The position numbers were made by a program, and so were the translations under genes. A stretch of 64,000 nt of DNA from Vicinamibacteria bacterium (lineage in GTDB: Bacteria; Acidobacteriota; Vicinamibacteria; Marinacidobacterales; Marinacidobacteraceae): assembly GCA_963555995.3 (NCBI GenBank), contig OY821641.1, positions 992,001-1,056,000 of the forward strand, given 5' to 3'. The notes beneath the pieces are model-generated. The model was not told the origin of the DNA. It worked only from the letters and a program-made list of their open reading frames with translations, and did not search any database. Shown here in pieces: positions 29,329 through 39,165 of the stretch (position 1 is its first letter; every line of letters begins with the position of its first letter).

Positions 29329-29456
29329 GGAGCGCCGGTGTTCACACCGGCACCGCCGCGCGCAGCGCGGCGAGATCGCGTACGGCTGCTCCCCCGTATG
29401 GCGCCCCCGGCTTGGAACGCCGACCTCCGGTCGGCACCGCCGCGCGGAGCGCGGCG
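29329..29456 (+). repeat. two variant REP-like palindromes with companion hairpins
   Basis: GGAGCGCCGGTGTTCACACCGGCAC at 29329-29353; GGAACGCCGACCTCCGGTCGGCAC at 29414-29437. Confidence 0.75.
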
Positions 29457-29543
29457 AAACTCCCCTTGCTCGTCCCGGTGTGACAGCGGCCTCCTACCGG
29501 ACAAAATAGCCTGGCCGGCACCCCGGCCGGTAAGGAGTTCCCC

Positions 29544-30953
29544 ATGTCCCGTACCCGTGTGCTCATCGCCACCGCGCTTCTCTTCGCCCTCACCGCCCCG
29601 CTCGCCCTCGCCCAGCCGCCCGAGACCCAGCGCCAGGTGGTGGACCGCCGCCAGTTCCTGAACGAAGTCCAGACCTCCGACGACCCACGCCGGGTGCCCG
29701 CTCCGCCGGGTCCGCGCGGACCCGACGGGACGCGGGTCCTCTACGGCGGCTTCCTCTTCGACGGGACGGGCGCCGAGCCTCGCATCGGCACCGTCGTCAT
29801 CGAACGGAACCGGATCGCCGCCATCCTCGGCGAGGGCGAGAGGGATTGGCCGGAGGGCTCCCAGGTGCTCGACGTCTCGGGCCACACCGTCCTGCCGGGA
29901 CTGATTGATCTCCACACCCACCTCACCTACACCGAGCCCGGCGTCCCGCAGGTGCTGGCTATTGACCCGGCGCACCAGACGCTCCGCGCGATGGAGCGGC
30001 TCCACGTCTTCATCGGGGCGGGGATCACCTCCATCCGCGACACCGGGTCCGCCGGGACGGTGCCCTTCATCGTCAAGGACTGGGTGAACCAGAACCGCCT
30101 GCCGGGACCGCGGGTCTTCGCGTCCGGTTCACTCATCACCGGCACGGGCGGGCACGGCGCCGAGGGGTACTCGATCCATCACCCGCTCTACGGCGGGATC
30201 GTCGAGGCGTCCGGGCCCGACGAGTTCCGGGACGCCGTGCGCCAGCAGTTCAAGATGGGGGCCGACCTCATCAAGATCGCGAGCCACTACAGCCGGGAGG
30301 AGATCGCCGCGGCGGTGGACGAAGCCCATGCGCTCGGCCTCAAGGTCACCGTGGACTCGGAGACCTTCTACACCGGCTGGGCGGTCGAGGCGGGCGCCGA
30401 CACCATCGAACACCCGCTGCCGCGCACCGACGAGGTGATCCAGATGATGGCCCGCAGCGGCACGGCGTCGGTGCCCACCATCATCACCTACGACTACATC
30501 TTCAACGAGCGGGGCAGCTACCACAGCTCGACGTCGCGGCGCTTCGAACTTGACGGCGGGATCAGCCGGGCCATGCTGCGCGAGCTCAAGGACGCCGGAA
30601 TCCTCATCGGGGTGGGGACCGACCTGATCCTCGAGAACTACCGCGACCTCCCCCACGCCTACATCTGGGAGCTGGAGGCGTACGTGGAGAGCGGCTTCAC
30701 CCCCACGGAGGCGCTCGTCTCCGCCACCCGCGACAGCGCCCGGATCCTCGGCATGGACGACAAGCTCGGCACGCTCGAAGTCGGGAAGCTGGCCGACATC
30801 CTGATCGTGGAGGGGGATCCGCTCACCGACCTGGGCGCCCTCGCCAATATCGCGGAGGTCTTCCGGGACGGCTACTGGGTGGTCCGGAACGGGTCCGTCC
30901 AGCCGACCCCGCCCGAGACGCGGGTCCGCCCGGGCCCAGGACTCACGAACTGA
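29544..30953 (+). CDS. secreted amidohydrolase family protein
   Basis: Signal peptide; PGLIDLHTH, GTD, GKLADILIV. Confidence 0.85.
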   Translation: MSRTRVLIATALLFALTAPLALAQPPETQRQVVDRRQFLNEVQTSDDPRRVPAPPGPRGPDGTRVLYGGFLFDGTGAEPRIGTVVIERNRIAAILGEGERDWPEGSQVLDVSGHTVLPGLIDLHTHLTYTEPGVPQVLAIDPAHQTLRAMERLHVFIGAGITSIRDTGSAGTVPFIVKDWVNQNRLPGPRVFASGSLITGTGGHGAEGYSIHHPLYGGIVEASGPDEFRDAVRQQFKMGADLIKIASHYSREEIAAAVDEAHALGLKVTVDSETFYTGWAVEAGADTIEHPLPRTDEVIQMMARSGTASVPTIITYDYIFNERGSYHSSTSRRFELDGGISRAMLRELKDAGILIGVGTDLILENYRDLPHAYIWELEAYVESGFTPTEALVSATRDSARILGMDDKLGTLEVGKLADILIVEGDPLTDLGALANIAEVFRDGYWVVRNGSVQPTPPETRVRPGPGLTN

Positions 30954-31111
30954 GCAACCGGACCGGCCGGACGACACGAGCGGGGAATCGCCGGAGGGAC
31001 GCGCCGCGCCCACGTGTCGGAATCGGGATCTCCTACTAAAGGGACCATTGTCCCCAGAGTAGTAGTCTTATCCTTACAAAAGTCGCATTTCTGCCCCATG
31101 CGCATCTCTTA

Positions 31112-32617
31112 GTGTCGGAAAAGTCCCGTCCCGTTTCGTTTCAGGAACTACCGGAAGCGTTCGTCTCCCACCGGGGGATTGCGCGCCGGGTGTCCCGCGC
31201 CGTCCGCACCGGCAAGCTGCGGAAGATCGCGTCGCGGCTTTACACGCGCAACCTGATAGACGCTCCTGAGGCCATCGTGCGGCGGAACCTGTGGTCCATC
31301 GTCGCCGGCTACTTTCCCGGCGCGCTGATCGCCGATCGGACAGCGCTCGAGAACGCTCCCGCGCCGGACGGCTCGATCTGCCTGATCACGGAGCGGGGCC
31401 GGAACGTCCGCCTGCCCGGGATCACGCTCCGCCCCCGCCGCGGGTTGCCGCCGCTCGCCGCCGACAGACCGTTTCTTTCCGGTCTCTTTCTCTGCTCTAC
31501 CGCGCGCGCCTACCTCGAAAACATGCGCCCGACGCGCGCGAGGGGCGGTCTCGACCGCCGGACCCTGAGTCGCGTCGGGCTCGAGGAACGGCTCGACGCG
31601 CTGGTCCGCCGTTCAGGCGCCTCGGAGCTCCGCAGAATGCGGGACGAGGTCCGCGCGGTCGCCGCCGAAGCCGGGCTCGAGCACGAGGCTGTCTCTTTCG
31701 ACGCTCTGGCGGGCGCGCTCCTGGGCACCCGCGAGGCCCCGCTGAGCGCCCCGGTCGCCGTCGCGCGAAGTCGGGGGCGCGCCTACGACCCGGAGCGCCT
31801 GACTCTCTTCGAAGAGCTGTTCATCGCTCTCCGGAATCTCCCGCCCTCTCCCCGCATTGCGGTTCAACGAGGATCGGAGTCTCTCAGGACTCTCGCCTTC
31901 TTTGAAGCCTACTTCTCGAACTTCATCGAGGGGACCGAGTTCGAAGTGAGCGAGGCCGCGGACATCGTGTTCCGCGGTGTGGTGCCGCGCCGACGCCCCG
32001 AAGATGCCCACGATGTGCTCGGTACGTGGCGCATCGTTTCCGACGAACAGGAAATGCGTCGGACGCCGAACAACCGGCGCGCACTCGAGGCTCTGCTCAA
32101 GACACGGCACGCGGCCGTCATGGCGGGCCGTCCGGACCGGGAACCCGGCCGGTTCAAGCAGATTCCGAACCGCGCCGGGCAGACAGTCTTCGTGGCGCCG
32201 GACCTCGTTCACGGCACCCTGGAGAAGGGCTTCGATCTTGCCCGCAGCCTCGAAACGCCGTTTCAGCGGGCCGTTTTCCTGCACTTCCTCGTTTCCGAGG
32301 TCCACCCCTTCGCCGACGGGAACGGTCGGATAGCGCGCATCATGATGAACACCGAACTCGTCGCCGGAGGCGAGGAACGGATTGTCATTCCGACGATCTA
32401 TCGGGACAACTACCTGGCCGCGCTCAGGGCGCTCTCCCAGAACGGCATCTGCGAACCGCTGATCCGCATGCTGGACTACGCCCAGCGCTGGACGGCGGTG
32501 GTGGACTGGCGGTCGGTCGCCGAAACCGAGCGCGAACTGCGCGCCCTGAATGCGTTCGTTGACTCGCGGGCCGCTGACGATGACGGACGTCGACTGCGGA
32601 TGCCGGGCAGCGGATAG
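31112..32617 (+). CDS. Fic family protein with long N-terminal extension
   Basis: HPFADGNGRIAR canonical Fic motif; SNFIEG inhibitory-type motif. Confidence 0.9.
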   Translation: MSEKSRPVSFQELPEAFVSHRGIARRVSRAVRTGKLRKIASRLYTRNLIDAPEAIVRRNLWSIVAGYFPGALIADRTALENAPAPDGSICLITERGRNVRLPGITLRPRRGLPPLAADRPFLSGLFLCSTARAYLENMRPTRARGGLDRRTLSRVGLEERLDALVRRSGASELRRMRDEVRAVAAEAGLEHEAVSFDALAGALLGTREAPLSAPVAVARSRGRAYDPERLTLFEELFIALRNLPPSPRIAVQRGSESLRTLAFFEAYFSNFIEGTEFEVSEAADIVFRGVVPRRRPEDAHDVLGTWRIVSDEQEMRRTPNNRRALEALLKTRHAAVMAGRPDREPGRFKQIPNRAGQTVFVAPDLVHGTLEKGFDLARSLETPFQRAVFLHFLVSEVHPFADGNGRIARIMMNTELVAGGEERIVIPTIYRDNYLAALRALSQNGICEPLIRMLDYAQRWTAVVDWRSVAETERELRALNAFVDSRAADDDGRRLRMPGSG

Positions 32618-32620
32618 GGC

Positions 32621-33967
32621 TCAGTCCGCTACCACCGGCAGCTTCGGGAACGTCTGCCACCCGCCGCGCGTGAAGTCCGGGAAATCCATCGGCCGGCTGC
32701 GGTCCGCCACCGAGCGCTCGCTGAGGTCGGTGACCGCGGAGAGCGCCGCCGCGTCATAGACGTTCGTCTCGGTCGGCAGCCCCTCCTGGAGGCAGCGGAT
32801 CAGCCGGTAGTCCTCGAGGTAGTCCATCCGCCCGTGCCCGAGCTCCTCGCCGGGGCTCGCGACATTGCGCCACAGCGGATGCGCGTACTCCTCGTACCAG
32901 GTCTCGGCGTCGTCCCAGCGGTGCGACTCGCTTCGGCCCTCCACGTACACCCGGTTCGGATAGCCCTGGAAGATGCCCCGCGTCCCCTGGACCAGGTTGA
33001 TGCGGCTGTAGGGACGCGGGAGGTTCGTGTCGTGGACCACGGTGATCGTGCGGCCGAGCGCCGTCTTGATCAGGCTCAGGTTCACGTCGCCGAGCGTGAA
33101 CTTCTCGGCCCGCTGGGGCGCGCCCTCGGGGAAGTGTTCCCGGGCGTAGTCCTGAAGGCCGCGCGAGGGCCCGCTCATCGAGACCAGGTAGTCGAAGCGG
33201 TCTCCGCGGCCGATGTCCATGCAGTTCGCCACCGGGCCGAGCCCGTGCGTTGGGTAGAGGTTGGCATTCCGCACCCGTGAGTGCGCCCGTCGCCAGAGCC
33301 CCTCGCCACGGTTCGCGAACTTCACCTCGCGGAGGTCGTGGAGGTAGCCGCCCTCGGCGTGGAGGACCTCGCCGAAGACCCCCAGCCGGACCAGGTGGAA
33401 GACCATCATTTCCCAGCGGCCGTAGTTGCAGTTCTCCATCATCACGCAGTGCCGGCCGGTCCGCTCCGCGGTCTCGACGAGTTCCCAGCACTCGTCAATG
33501 GTGGTCGCCGCCGGCACCTCGGTGGCGGCGTGCTTGCCGTTCTCCATCGCCGCAACGCATACCGGGACGTGAAAGCGCCAGGGCGTGGCGGTGAAGACGA
33601 GGTCGAGTTCTTCCTCGGCGCACATCCGCTCGTAGTCCCGTTCTCCCCTGGTGTAGAGCGTCGGGTCAGGTCCCCCCGCCTCCCGGATGAAGTCCCGCGC
33701 CCGCTCGGCGTTCTCGGGCCGAATGTCGCAGACGGCCCGGATCTCGACTCCCGGCGACGCCTGGTGCACCGCCAGCAGGTTACGGACGTGGACCGTCCCC
33801 ATGCCGCCGACGCCCACGAAGCCGATGCGGACGTTCGGGATCTTCGGCGCGGCCAGCAGGTTCGCCGGGGCCGTCTGGACCCCCGCGAGGGCGGGGCCGG
33901 CGGCCGCCGCGCCCGCTCCGGCCGCCAGGAGTTGCCTTCGGGTCAGTCCGGATCGCTTCTCGGTCAT
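32621..33967 (-). CDS. Tat-exported Gfo/Idh/MocA protein, GH109 (alpha-N-acetylgalactosaminidase-like)
   Basis: TRRQLL Tat motif; GVGGMG, ATPW, EVPAA, MMENCNY, LYPTHGLGP. Confidence 0.85.
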   Translation of the reverse strand: MTEKRSGLTRRQLLAAGAGAAAAGPALAGVQTAPANLLAAPKIPNVRIGFVGVGGMGTVHVRNLLAVHQASPGVEIRAVCDIRPENAERARDFIREAGGPDPTLYTRGERDYERMCAEEELDLVFTATPWRFHVPVCVAAMENGKHAATEVPAATTIDECWELVETAERTGRHCVMMENCNYGRWEMMVFHLVRLGVFGEVLHAEGGYLHDLREVKFANRGEGLWRRAHSRVRNANLYPTHGLGPVANCMDIGRGDRFDYLVSMSGPSRGLQDYAREHFPEGAPQRAEKFTLGDVNLSLIKTALGRTITVVHDTNLPRPYSRINLVQGTRGIFQGYPNRVYVEGRSESHRWDDAETWYEEYAHPLWRNVASPGEELGHGRMDYLEDYRLIRCLQEGLPTETNVYDAAALSAVTDLSERSVADRSRPMDFPDFTRGGWQTFPKLPVVAD

Positions 33968-34647
33968 GGTGTTGCCTCCTGACGGGGGACCGGATCCCAG
34001 AAGGAACCCGTCAGTCCCACCCCGGCGAAGATAGCGCGGGCCTCCCCGGGAGTGCGGCGGGGCGCCTCCGGGTCGAGCCGGTTCCCGTACCAGCCCCGCG
34101 AGAGGCGCCAGAGCTGCGGCACCGGCACCGCCGGCCCCGGTTTGACCCCCCGATCCCGGCACCAGGCCCCCAGATCGTCTTCCGACCGGAAGAACAGCAT
34201 GTTCGCTCAGGTGAAGACGATGTCGTCCCACCAGCGCACCGCGGGCACCAGCGAGTGGAAGAGCCAGTCGCTCGGTTCCGGGCCGTTCTCCGTGACTTTG
34301 AGCCGCAACGGTTCTTCCGAGTTCGCGCAGTGCGACCGGACCGTCCCGCCCCGTCCGAGTGCGGCCGGGATGCCGAGGGCGTCCCACGCGCAGTTCGCGT
34401 AATAGTGGACTCCTGCCGACTCGAAGGTGTGGTCGGTGGGCACCCCGGAGAACGGGTTCGCCATCCGGATGGAGACCCCGTCCTCGCCGGTCACGATCGC
34501 CCGGCCCTCGCGGAGACGCACCCAGGTCCGTTGGACGGAAGGGACATCCACTCCCAGCCGTTCAGCCACGGTGGCGGGCGTGGGAGCGATGCCGGTTTCC
34601 GCGAAGAACTCCAGGATCGCGGTCCTTGTCTGCGTCTCCAGCGGCAC
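33964..34647 (-). CDS. MerB (organomercurial lyase)-like protein with in-frame TGA, probable selenoprotein (227 aa)
   Basis: ORFs 34207-34827 and 33964-34200 share one frame: ..MANPFS..YANCAWDALGI..WWDDIVFT-TGA-ANMLFFRSE..; GAGGAG RBS before GTG 34647. Confidence 0.8.
34178..34193 (-). promoter_or_regulatory. candidate bacterial SECIS hairpin
   Basis: 13 nt after the TGA (34207-34209): TCTTCC-GGTC-GGAAGA, with G at the start of the loop. Confidence 0.65.
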
Positions 34648-34658
34648 GCCGCTTCTCC

Positions 34659-34988
34659 TCAGAGCCGGCGGGCGTAGAGGAAGGACGCGACGAGACCTCC
34701 TCCGAGCGGAACCAGGTTGCCGGCCACGAGCCACGGCTCCAAACGGTCCGGCGTCCATTCCGGAAAGGCCGACGACAGCGCCAGGTTGAAGGCAAACGAC
34801 ACGGCGGCGGCGGCGATCATGAACCAACCCGCCGCCCGATTGGCCGCGTACCAGACCTCTGGAGAGGAAAGGGTCTCCGACGTCCGGAAACCGTAAATCC
34901 GGTTGGGAGGGACCATGCCCAGGGCCATCGGGGCGGACGCCGCCAAGACGATCAACGGAATGCCGTAGATGACCAGATCTTGTTCCAC
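34659..34988 (-). CDS. SdpI family membrane protein
   Basis: VPPNRIYGFRT..W..ANRAAG; three TM segments. Confidence 0.75.
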   Translation of the reverse strand: MEQDLVIYGIPLIVLAASAPMALGMVPPNRIYGFRTSETLSSPEVWYAANRAAGWFMIAAAAVSFAFNLALSSAFPEWTPDRLEPWLVAGNLVPLGGGLVASFLYARRL

Positions 34989-35008
34989 ATTGTCCTCCCG
35001 GCTTCCCC

Positions 35009-36949
35009 TCAGTCCGCGGCGAGGACTTCGGCGACCGCCCGGTGGGCCTCGCGGATGGCCGCGTCCGAGTGCGGGCTCGCCGCCGCGTCGGCGCCGGCGA
35101 TGGCGATGCGCCCGAACGGCTGCCGCGCGGCGACCACCGGACGGTCGTCGCCGGCCTCGAAGGACCACTCCGGGGGGTCGAAGAGGGGGTTGTACGAATA
35201 CGTGTAACCGTGGGGCCAGCGGTTCGCGGTGATCGCCGCGATGTCGCGGTCGGGATCGAACCCGAACCCGCCCAGCATCCGCACGAGCTGGTCGCGGAGC
35301 TGCGCCTCCACCATCTCGAAGGTGGCGTGCAGCAGCTCCATCCGTCCGATCCGGTGCTGCTCCCGGCGGGAGAGGCCCGCTTCGCCGGGATACCGGTTCA
35401 TCCGCAGCACGAGCGGTTCGTCCGGGGAGGTCGAGGTGCGGTACTCGCCGAGCGCGAGCGGCGGGGCGAGCGCGACCGTGGTGCAGTAGCTGGCGGGCGC
35501 CGCGATCTGGGAGATCCCGGCGGCGACGAAGGGCCGCCAGTTGCGGAGCAGCACGCTCGTGTACTGGAGCGGGGACTTCACCGGCCAGGCGAGCGCTTCC
35601 CGCTGGGCTTCCGGGAGCGCGGGGACGAGGTAGGGGATGATGTTGTGCCAGCAGGCGAGGACGACCCGCCCGGCGGTCACCGTCTTCGCGGCGTCGTCCC
35701 GGACGTAGGTGACCCGCGCCGGCGCGGCGCCGTTCGGTTCCACGCCGATCACGGTCGAGGAGAGCCGGATGCGGGTCGTGGCGTCGGCTACGTCGAGCCG
35801 CCGGTAGTCCACCGGCGCGAGGATGACGTCCTCGAAGCTGTTGCCGGGGACCGCGTGCGGGAGCAGCGAGCGGACCAGCAGCCGGGTGATCGTGGCGTTG
35901 CCATCCGGGAAGTAGAGGTCCGGCAGTCCCTCTTCGGCCCGCGCCTGGTTCTCCCGGCCGTGCTGGCCGCCGGGCTCGTCGGCGAGCGCGTCGCGCGGCG
36001 TCTCCGGAATCTCCATGCCGGAAAAGCCGGGCCAGCCCTCCTCCCAGCAGTAGCGCGCCGGGACCGCGTCAATCCCGGTGCAGAAGATGCTCCGGTGGCG
36101 ATGGTCGAAGAACCAGAGCGCCTTCGCGTCGCACGCGACGTGCTTCGTGAGGAAGTCGGCGTAGCTGATGGTGGCCAGGTAGTCCTTCTTCTCCTGCGGG
36201 CCGAGGTGCTGCAGGTAGTCGGGCTGCGGTTCGGCGTGGAGGCGCAGCAGGTCCTCCCGCGCCGCCGCCGGCATCGGCGACTCGCCGAGGAAATCGCCGA
36301 GGTCGCGCCCGCGCGGGCCGCGCACCAGCCGGTCCTCCCCGAACGTCTCGCGGTCGAAGAACATCCCGCTCCCCATTCCGAGGTTCTGGTAGGTGCGGCC
36401 CACCTCGCGGAGGCTTTCGACGTAGCCGGCGGCGTCGATCCCGAGGTCGCGGAGCAGCCCGCCGGCGATTGCGCCGTACTGGGAGGGCGCCTCCACGTTC
36501 AGGGTGCCGCCGTTCATCAGGTAGGTCCGGCCGTCGAGGCGGAACTCGTTGCGCTTGGCGTGGCCGCCGAAGTCGTCGTGGTTGTCGAGGACGAGGATGC
36601 GCGCCGCCGGCCCCGCTTCGCGCCGGAAGTAGTAGGCCGCCGCGAGCCCGGAGATCCCGGCGCCCACCACCACCAGGTCGTACGCCTCCCCGCTGTCCTC
36701 CGCTTCCCAGCTCCGTCCCTCGTGGGCGAAGGCGTGGGCGGTCTCGAACGAGCCGGGATGCGAACCGCGCATCCCGGTGCGGAGCGGCGGATACGGGGCC
36801 GTCCCCTCGCGCTCGATCTCGGCGCGGAACTCCGGCACCTCGGTGCAGGCGAGCGCCGCCCCGGTGAGGGCCACCGGCACGCCGGAAAGGAAATCGCGGC
36901 GGCTGACGCCGTCTCCGAAGGGTCGCTGCGTCGTTCTTCGTGAGGTCAT
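35009..36949 (-). CDS. spermidine dehydrogenase (SpdH)-like FAD oxidoreductase
   Basis: SRRDFL; YPPLRTGMRGSHPGSFE; VVGAGISGL; DNHDDFGGHAKRNEF; NRWPHGY. Confidence 0.75.
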   Translation of the reverse strand: MTSRRTTQRPFGDGVSRRDFLSGVPVALTGAALACTEVPEFRAEIEREGTAPYPPLRTGMRGSHPGSFETAHAFAHEGRSWEAEDSGEAYDLVVVGAGISGLAAAYYFRREAGPAARILVLDNHDDFGGHAKRNEFRLDGRTYLMNGGTLNVEAPSQYGAIAGGLLRDLGIDAAGYVESLREVGRTYQNLGMGSGMFFDRETFGEDRLVRGPRGRDLGDFLGESPMPAAAREDLLRLHAEPQPDYLQHLGPQEKKDYLATISYADFLTKHVACDAKALWFFDHRHRSIFCTGIDAVPARYCWEEGWPGFSGMEIPETPRDALADEPGGQHGRENQARAEEGLPDLYFPDGNATITRLLVRSLLPHAVPGNSFEDVILAPVDYRRLDVADATTRIRLSSTVIGVEPNGAAPARVTYVRDDAAKTVTAGRVVLACWHNIIPYLVPALPEAQREALAWPVKSPLQYTSVLLRNWRPFVAAGISQIAAPASYCTTVALAPPLALGEYRTSTSPDEPLVLRMNRYPGEAGLSRREQHRIGRMELLHATFEMVEAQLRDQLVRMLGGFGFDPDRDIAAITANRWPHGYTYSYNPLFDPPEWSFEAGDDRPVVAARQPFGRIAIAGADAAASPHSDAAIREAHRAVAEVLAAD

Positions 36950-37094
36950 GGTCGGGCCTCCGGGGAGAGCGGGGGGTGCGTCCTTCGCGGGGTAGGATCG
37001 GGAGCGCCCGCGCCCGGCGGAAGGGACGGTCCCGCTTGTACCACATTCGCTTCCGCCCGGACGGTTTGCCGCCCTGCGTCGGGTCCGCCAGCCG

Positions 37095-37493
37095 ATGTCC
37101 CGCTTCTCCCCGTACCCCCTCCCGCTTCCGGGGACCGAGGGCAAATTCGAGCGGGTGCACGCCGTCGTCCGGCGGGTCCCGTCGGGCCGGGTGACCACCT
37201 ACGGCCGGGTGGCGCGGGCAGTCACCGCCGCCGGGTATCCGCTCTCGGCGCGGGCGGCCGGTTGGGCGCTCCGGAACTCCCCGGCGGGCGTTCCCTGGCA
37301 CCGGGTGGTGAACGCCGAGGGCGCCCTGTCGGCCGAACTGAGCGGGAACTGCGAGCCCGGCCGGCAGCGGGCGCTCCTCGCGCGGGAAGGCGTGCCGTTC
37401 GACGACCGGGGGCGAGTTCGCCTCGATCGGTGCGTCTTCGAGCCGTCGGACAGCGAGGCGTTCTTCTTCCCGGACGGGGAACCCCCGCCGTGA
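37095..37493 (+). CDS. alkyltransferase-like (Atl/YbaZ, MGMT family) protein
   Basis: GRVTTYG, PWHRVVNA (Trp in place of the catalytic Cys). Confidence 0.85.
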   Translation: MSRFSPYPLPLPGTEGKFERVHAVVRRVPSGRVTTYGRVARAVTAAGYPLSARAAGWALRNSPAGVPWHRVVNAEGALSAELSGNCEPGRQRALLAREGVPFDDRGRVRLDRCVFEPSDSEAFFFPDGEPPP

Positions 37494-37536
37494 CGCGCGG
37501 GCGCGCGCCGGCGGTGGGACGGCAGGACGGGACCTC

Positions 37537-38298
37537 GTGTACCGCGGGCTGAGCGTTGCCGCCGTCGTCCCCGCGCGGGACGAGGAGCGCAACATCGGTC
37601 CCGTGGTGCGGGACCTGCTTCAACTCACCGACCCGGCGGGCCGGCCCGTGATTGACGAGTTCGTGGTGTGCGACAACGGCTCGGGCGACGAAACCGCCCT
37701 CCGCGCCGAGGAAGCCGGGGCGCGGGTCGTTCGTCAGGATCGGCCCGGCTACGGAATCGCCTGCCGAACCGCCCTGGCGTCGCTCGGACCGGTGGACGTG
37801 GTGCTCTTCACCGATGGGGACGGGTCGTTCGTCGCGGCGCAGGGCGAGCGCCTGCTCGCGGCGGTCGCCGGGGGAGCGGACCTCGCCATCGGATCCCGGG
37901 TGCTGGGCCGCGCCGAGCCCGGGGCGCTCTCCTGGCCGCAGGCGGTGGGGAACCGGGTGGCGTCGCTGCTGATCCGCCTGCTGTGGCGGCGGCGGGTCAG
38001 CGACCTCGGCCCTTACCGGGCGGTCCGGTCCGGCGCGCTGCGCCGCATCGCGATGGAGGATCGGGCCTACGGGTGGACCGTCGAGATGCAGATCAAGGCG
38101 ATCCAGCACGGTCTCAGGATCGTCGAGGTGCCGGTGGACACGCGAAGGCGGCGGTACGGCCGGTCCAAGGTGGGAGGCACGATCCGCGGAGTCGCGGGGG
38201 CGAGCGCCGGCATCCTGCGAAAGATCGCTAGGCTATTCGTCGAGCAGCAAATCCACTCCCTCCGGGTCGGCCGGAGAAAGGAGGCAGGTCGCTCATGA
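37537..38298 (+). CDS. glycosyltransferase family 2
   Basis: VVPARDEE, DNGSGD, GYGIAC, DGDGS, DLGPYRA, YGWTVEMQIKA. Confidence 0.9.
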   Translation: MYRGLSVAAVVPARDEERNIGPVVRDLLQLTDPAGRPVIDEFVVCDNGSGDETALRAEEAGARVVRQDRPGYGIACRTALASLGPVDVVLFTDGDGSFVAAQGERLLAAVAGGADLAIGSRVLGRAEPGALSWPQAVGNRVASLLIRLLWRRRVSDLGPYRAVRSGALRRIAMEDRAYGWTVEMQIKAIQHGLRIVEVPVDTRRRRYGRSKVGGTIRGVAGASAGILRKIARLFVEQQIHSLRVGRRKEAGRS

Positions 38299-39164
38299 AG
38301 AGCGAAGACTTGACCCGAAGCGGGCTTCGGCGCCCCATGCTGGCGGTCTTGACGGTCGTTGCGGCCGGGACCTGGCTCGGAGCCGGCAACTGTGCGACCG
38401 ACGGCCCGGGGCCGGTGGTTTCCTGGGCCGACCACGACAACGCGAACCCCGACACGATGGACCACGCCGCGTGGCAGGCGATCCTGGACGGCTACCTGCA
38501 CACCGGCGATCCCTCGGGCGTCCACCTGTTCGACTACGGCGGGCTCAAGGCGAACCCGGATGACCGGGCGCGCCTGCAGGGCTACCTCGCGCACCTCGAA
38601 ACCGTGGACCCGCGCCTCTACGCGCGCGACGAGGCGATGGCCTACTGGATCAACTTCTACAACGCGCTCACTGTCGAGACCGTGGTCGAGGCGCATCCGG
38701 TGGACTCGATCAAGAGCATCCACGAGGGCATCGTTCCCCTCTCGGGTCCGTGGGGCGACGAGCGGGCCACGGTTGCCGGCCAGCGACTCACGCTCGACAA
38801 CATGGAGCACGACATCCTGCGGGCGCTCTGGCGGGACCCCCGCATCCACTACGCGGTGAACTGCGCGAGCATCGGCTGCCCGAACCTCGCCCCCACGGTC
38901 TTCACCGCGGCGAATCTCGAGGAGTTGATGGAAGCCGCCGCGCGCGGCTACGTGAATCACCCGCGCGGGGTCACGCTCAGGGACGATTCCTCGGCGCTCG
39001 TCTCCAGCATCTATACGTGGTTCCAGGAGGACTTCGGGGGCAGCGAAGCCGGCGTCGTCGAGCACCTGCTCCGCTACGCGGAACCGGAACTCCGGGAGCG
39101 ATTGCAGGGGTTCAGCGGCGGTCTCGACTACGAATACGACTGGAGTCTGAACGACGTCCGGTAG
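38295..39164 (+). CDS. DUF547 domain protein
   Basis: AYWINFYNA, LDNMEH, DPRIHYAVNCASIGCP, YDWSLN. Confidence 0.9.
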   Translation: MKSEDLTRSGLRRPMLAVLTVVAAGTWLGAGNCATDGPGPVVSWADHDNANPDTMDHAAWQAILDGYLHTGDPSGVHLFDYGGLKANPDDRARLQGYLAHLETVDPRLYARDEAMAYWINFYNALTVETVVEAHPVDSIKSIHEGIVPLSGPWGDERATVAGQRLTLDNMEHDILRALWRDPRIHYAVNCASIGCPNLAPTVFTAANLEELMEAAARGYVNHPRGVTLRDDSSALVSSIYTWFQEDFGGSEAGVVEHLLRYAEPELRERLQGFSGGLDYEYDWSLNDVR

Positions 39165-39165
39165 C

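Noticed and set aside
34207-34209. TGA as a nonsense mutation (pseudogene) or as Trp in genetic code 4
   Set aside because: TGA terminates many other genes normally, both halves look intact, and a SECIS-like hairpin follows; Sec is preferred, though not proven
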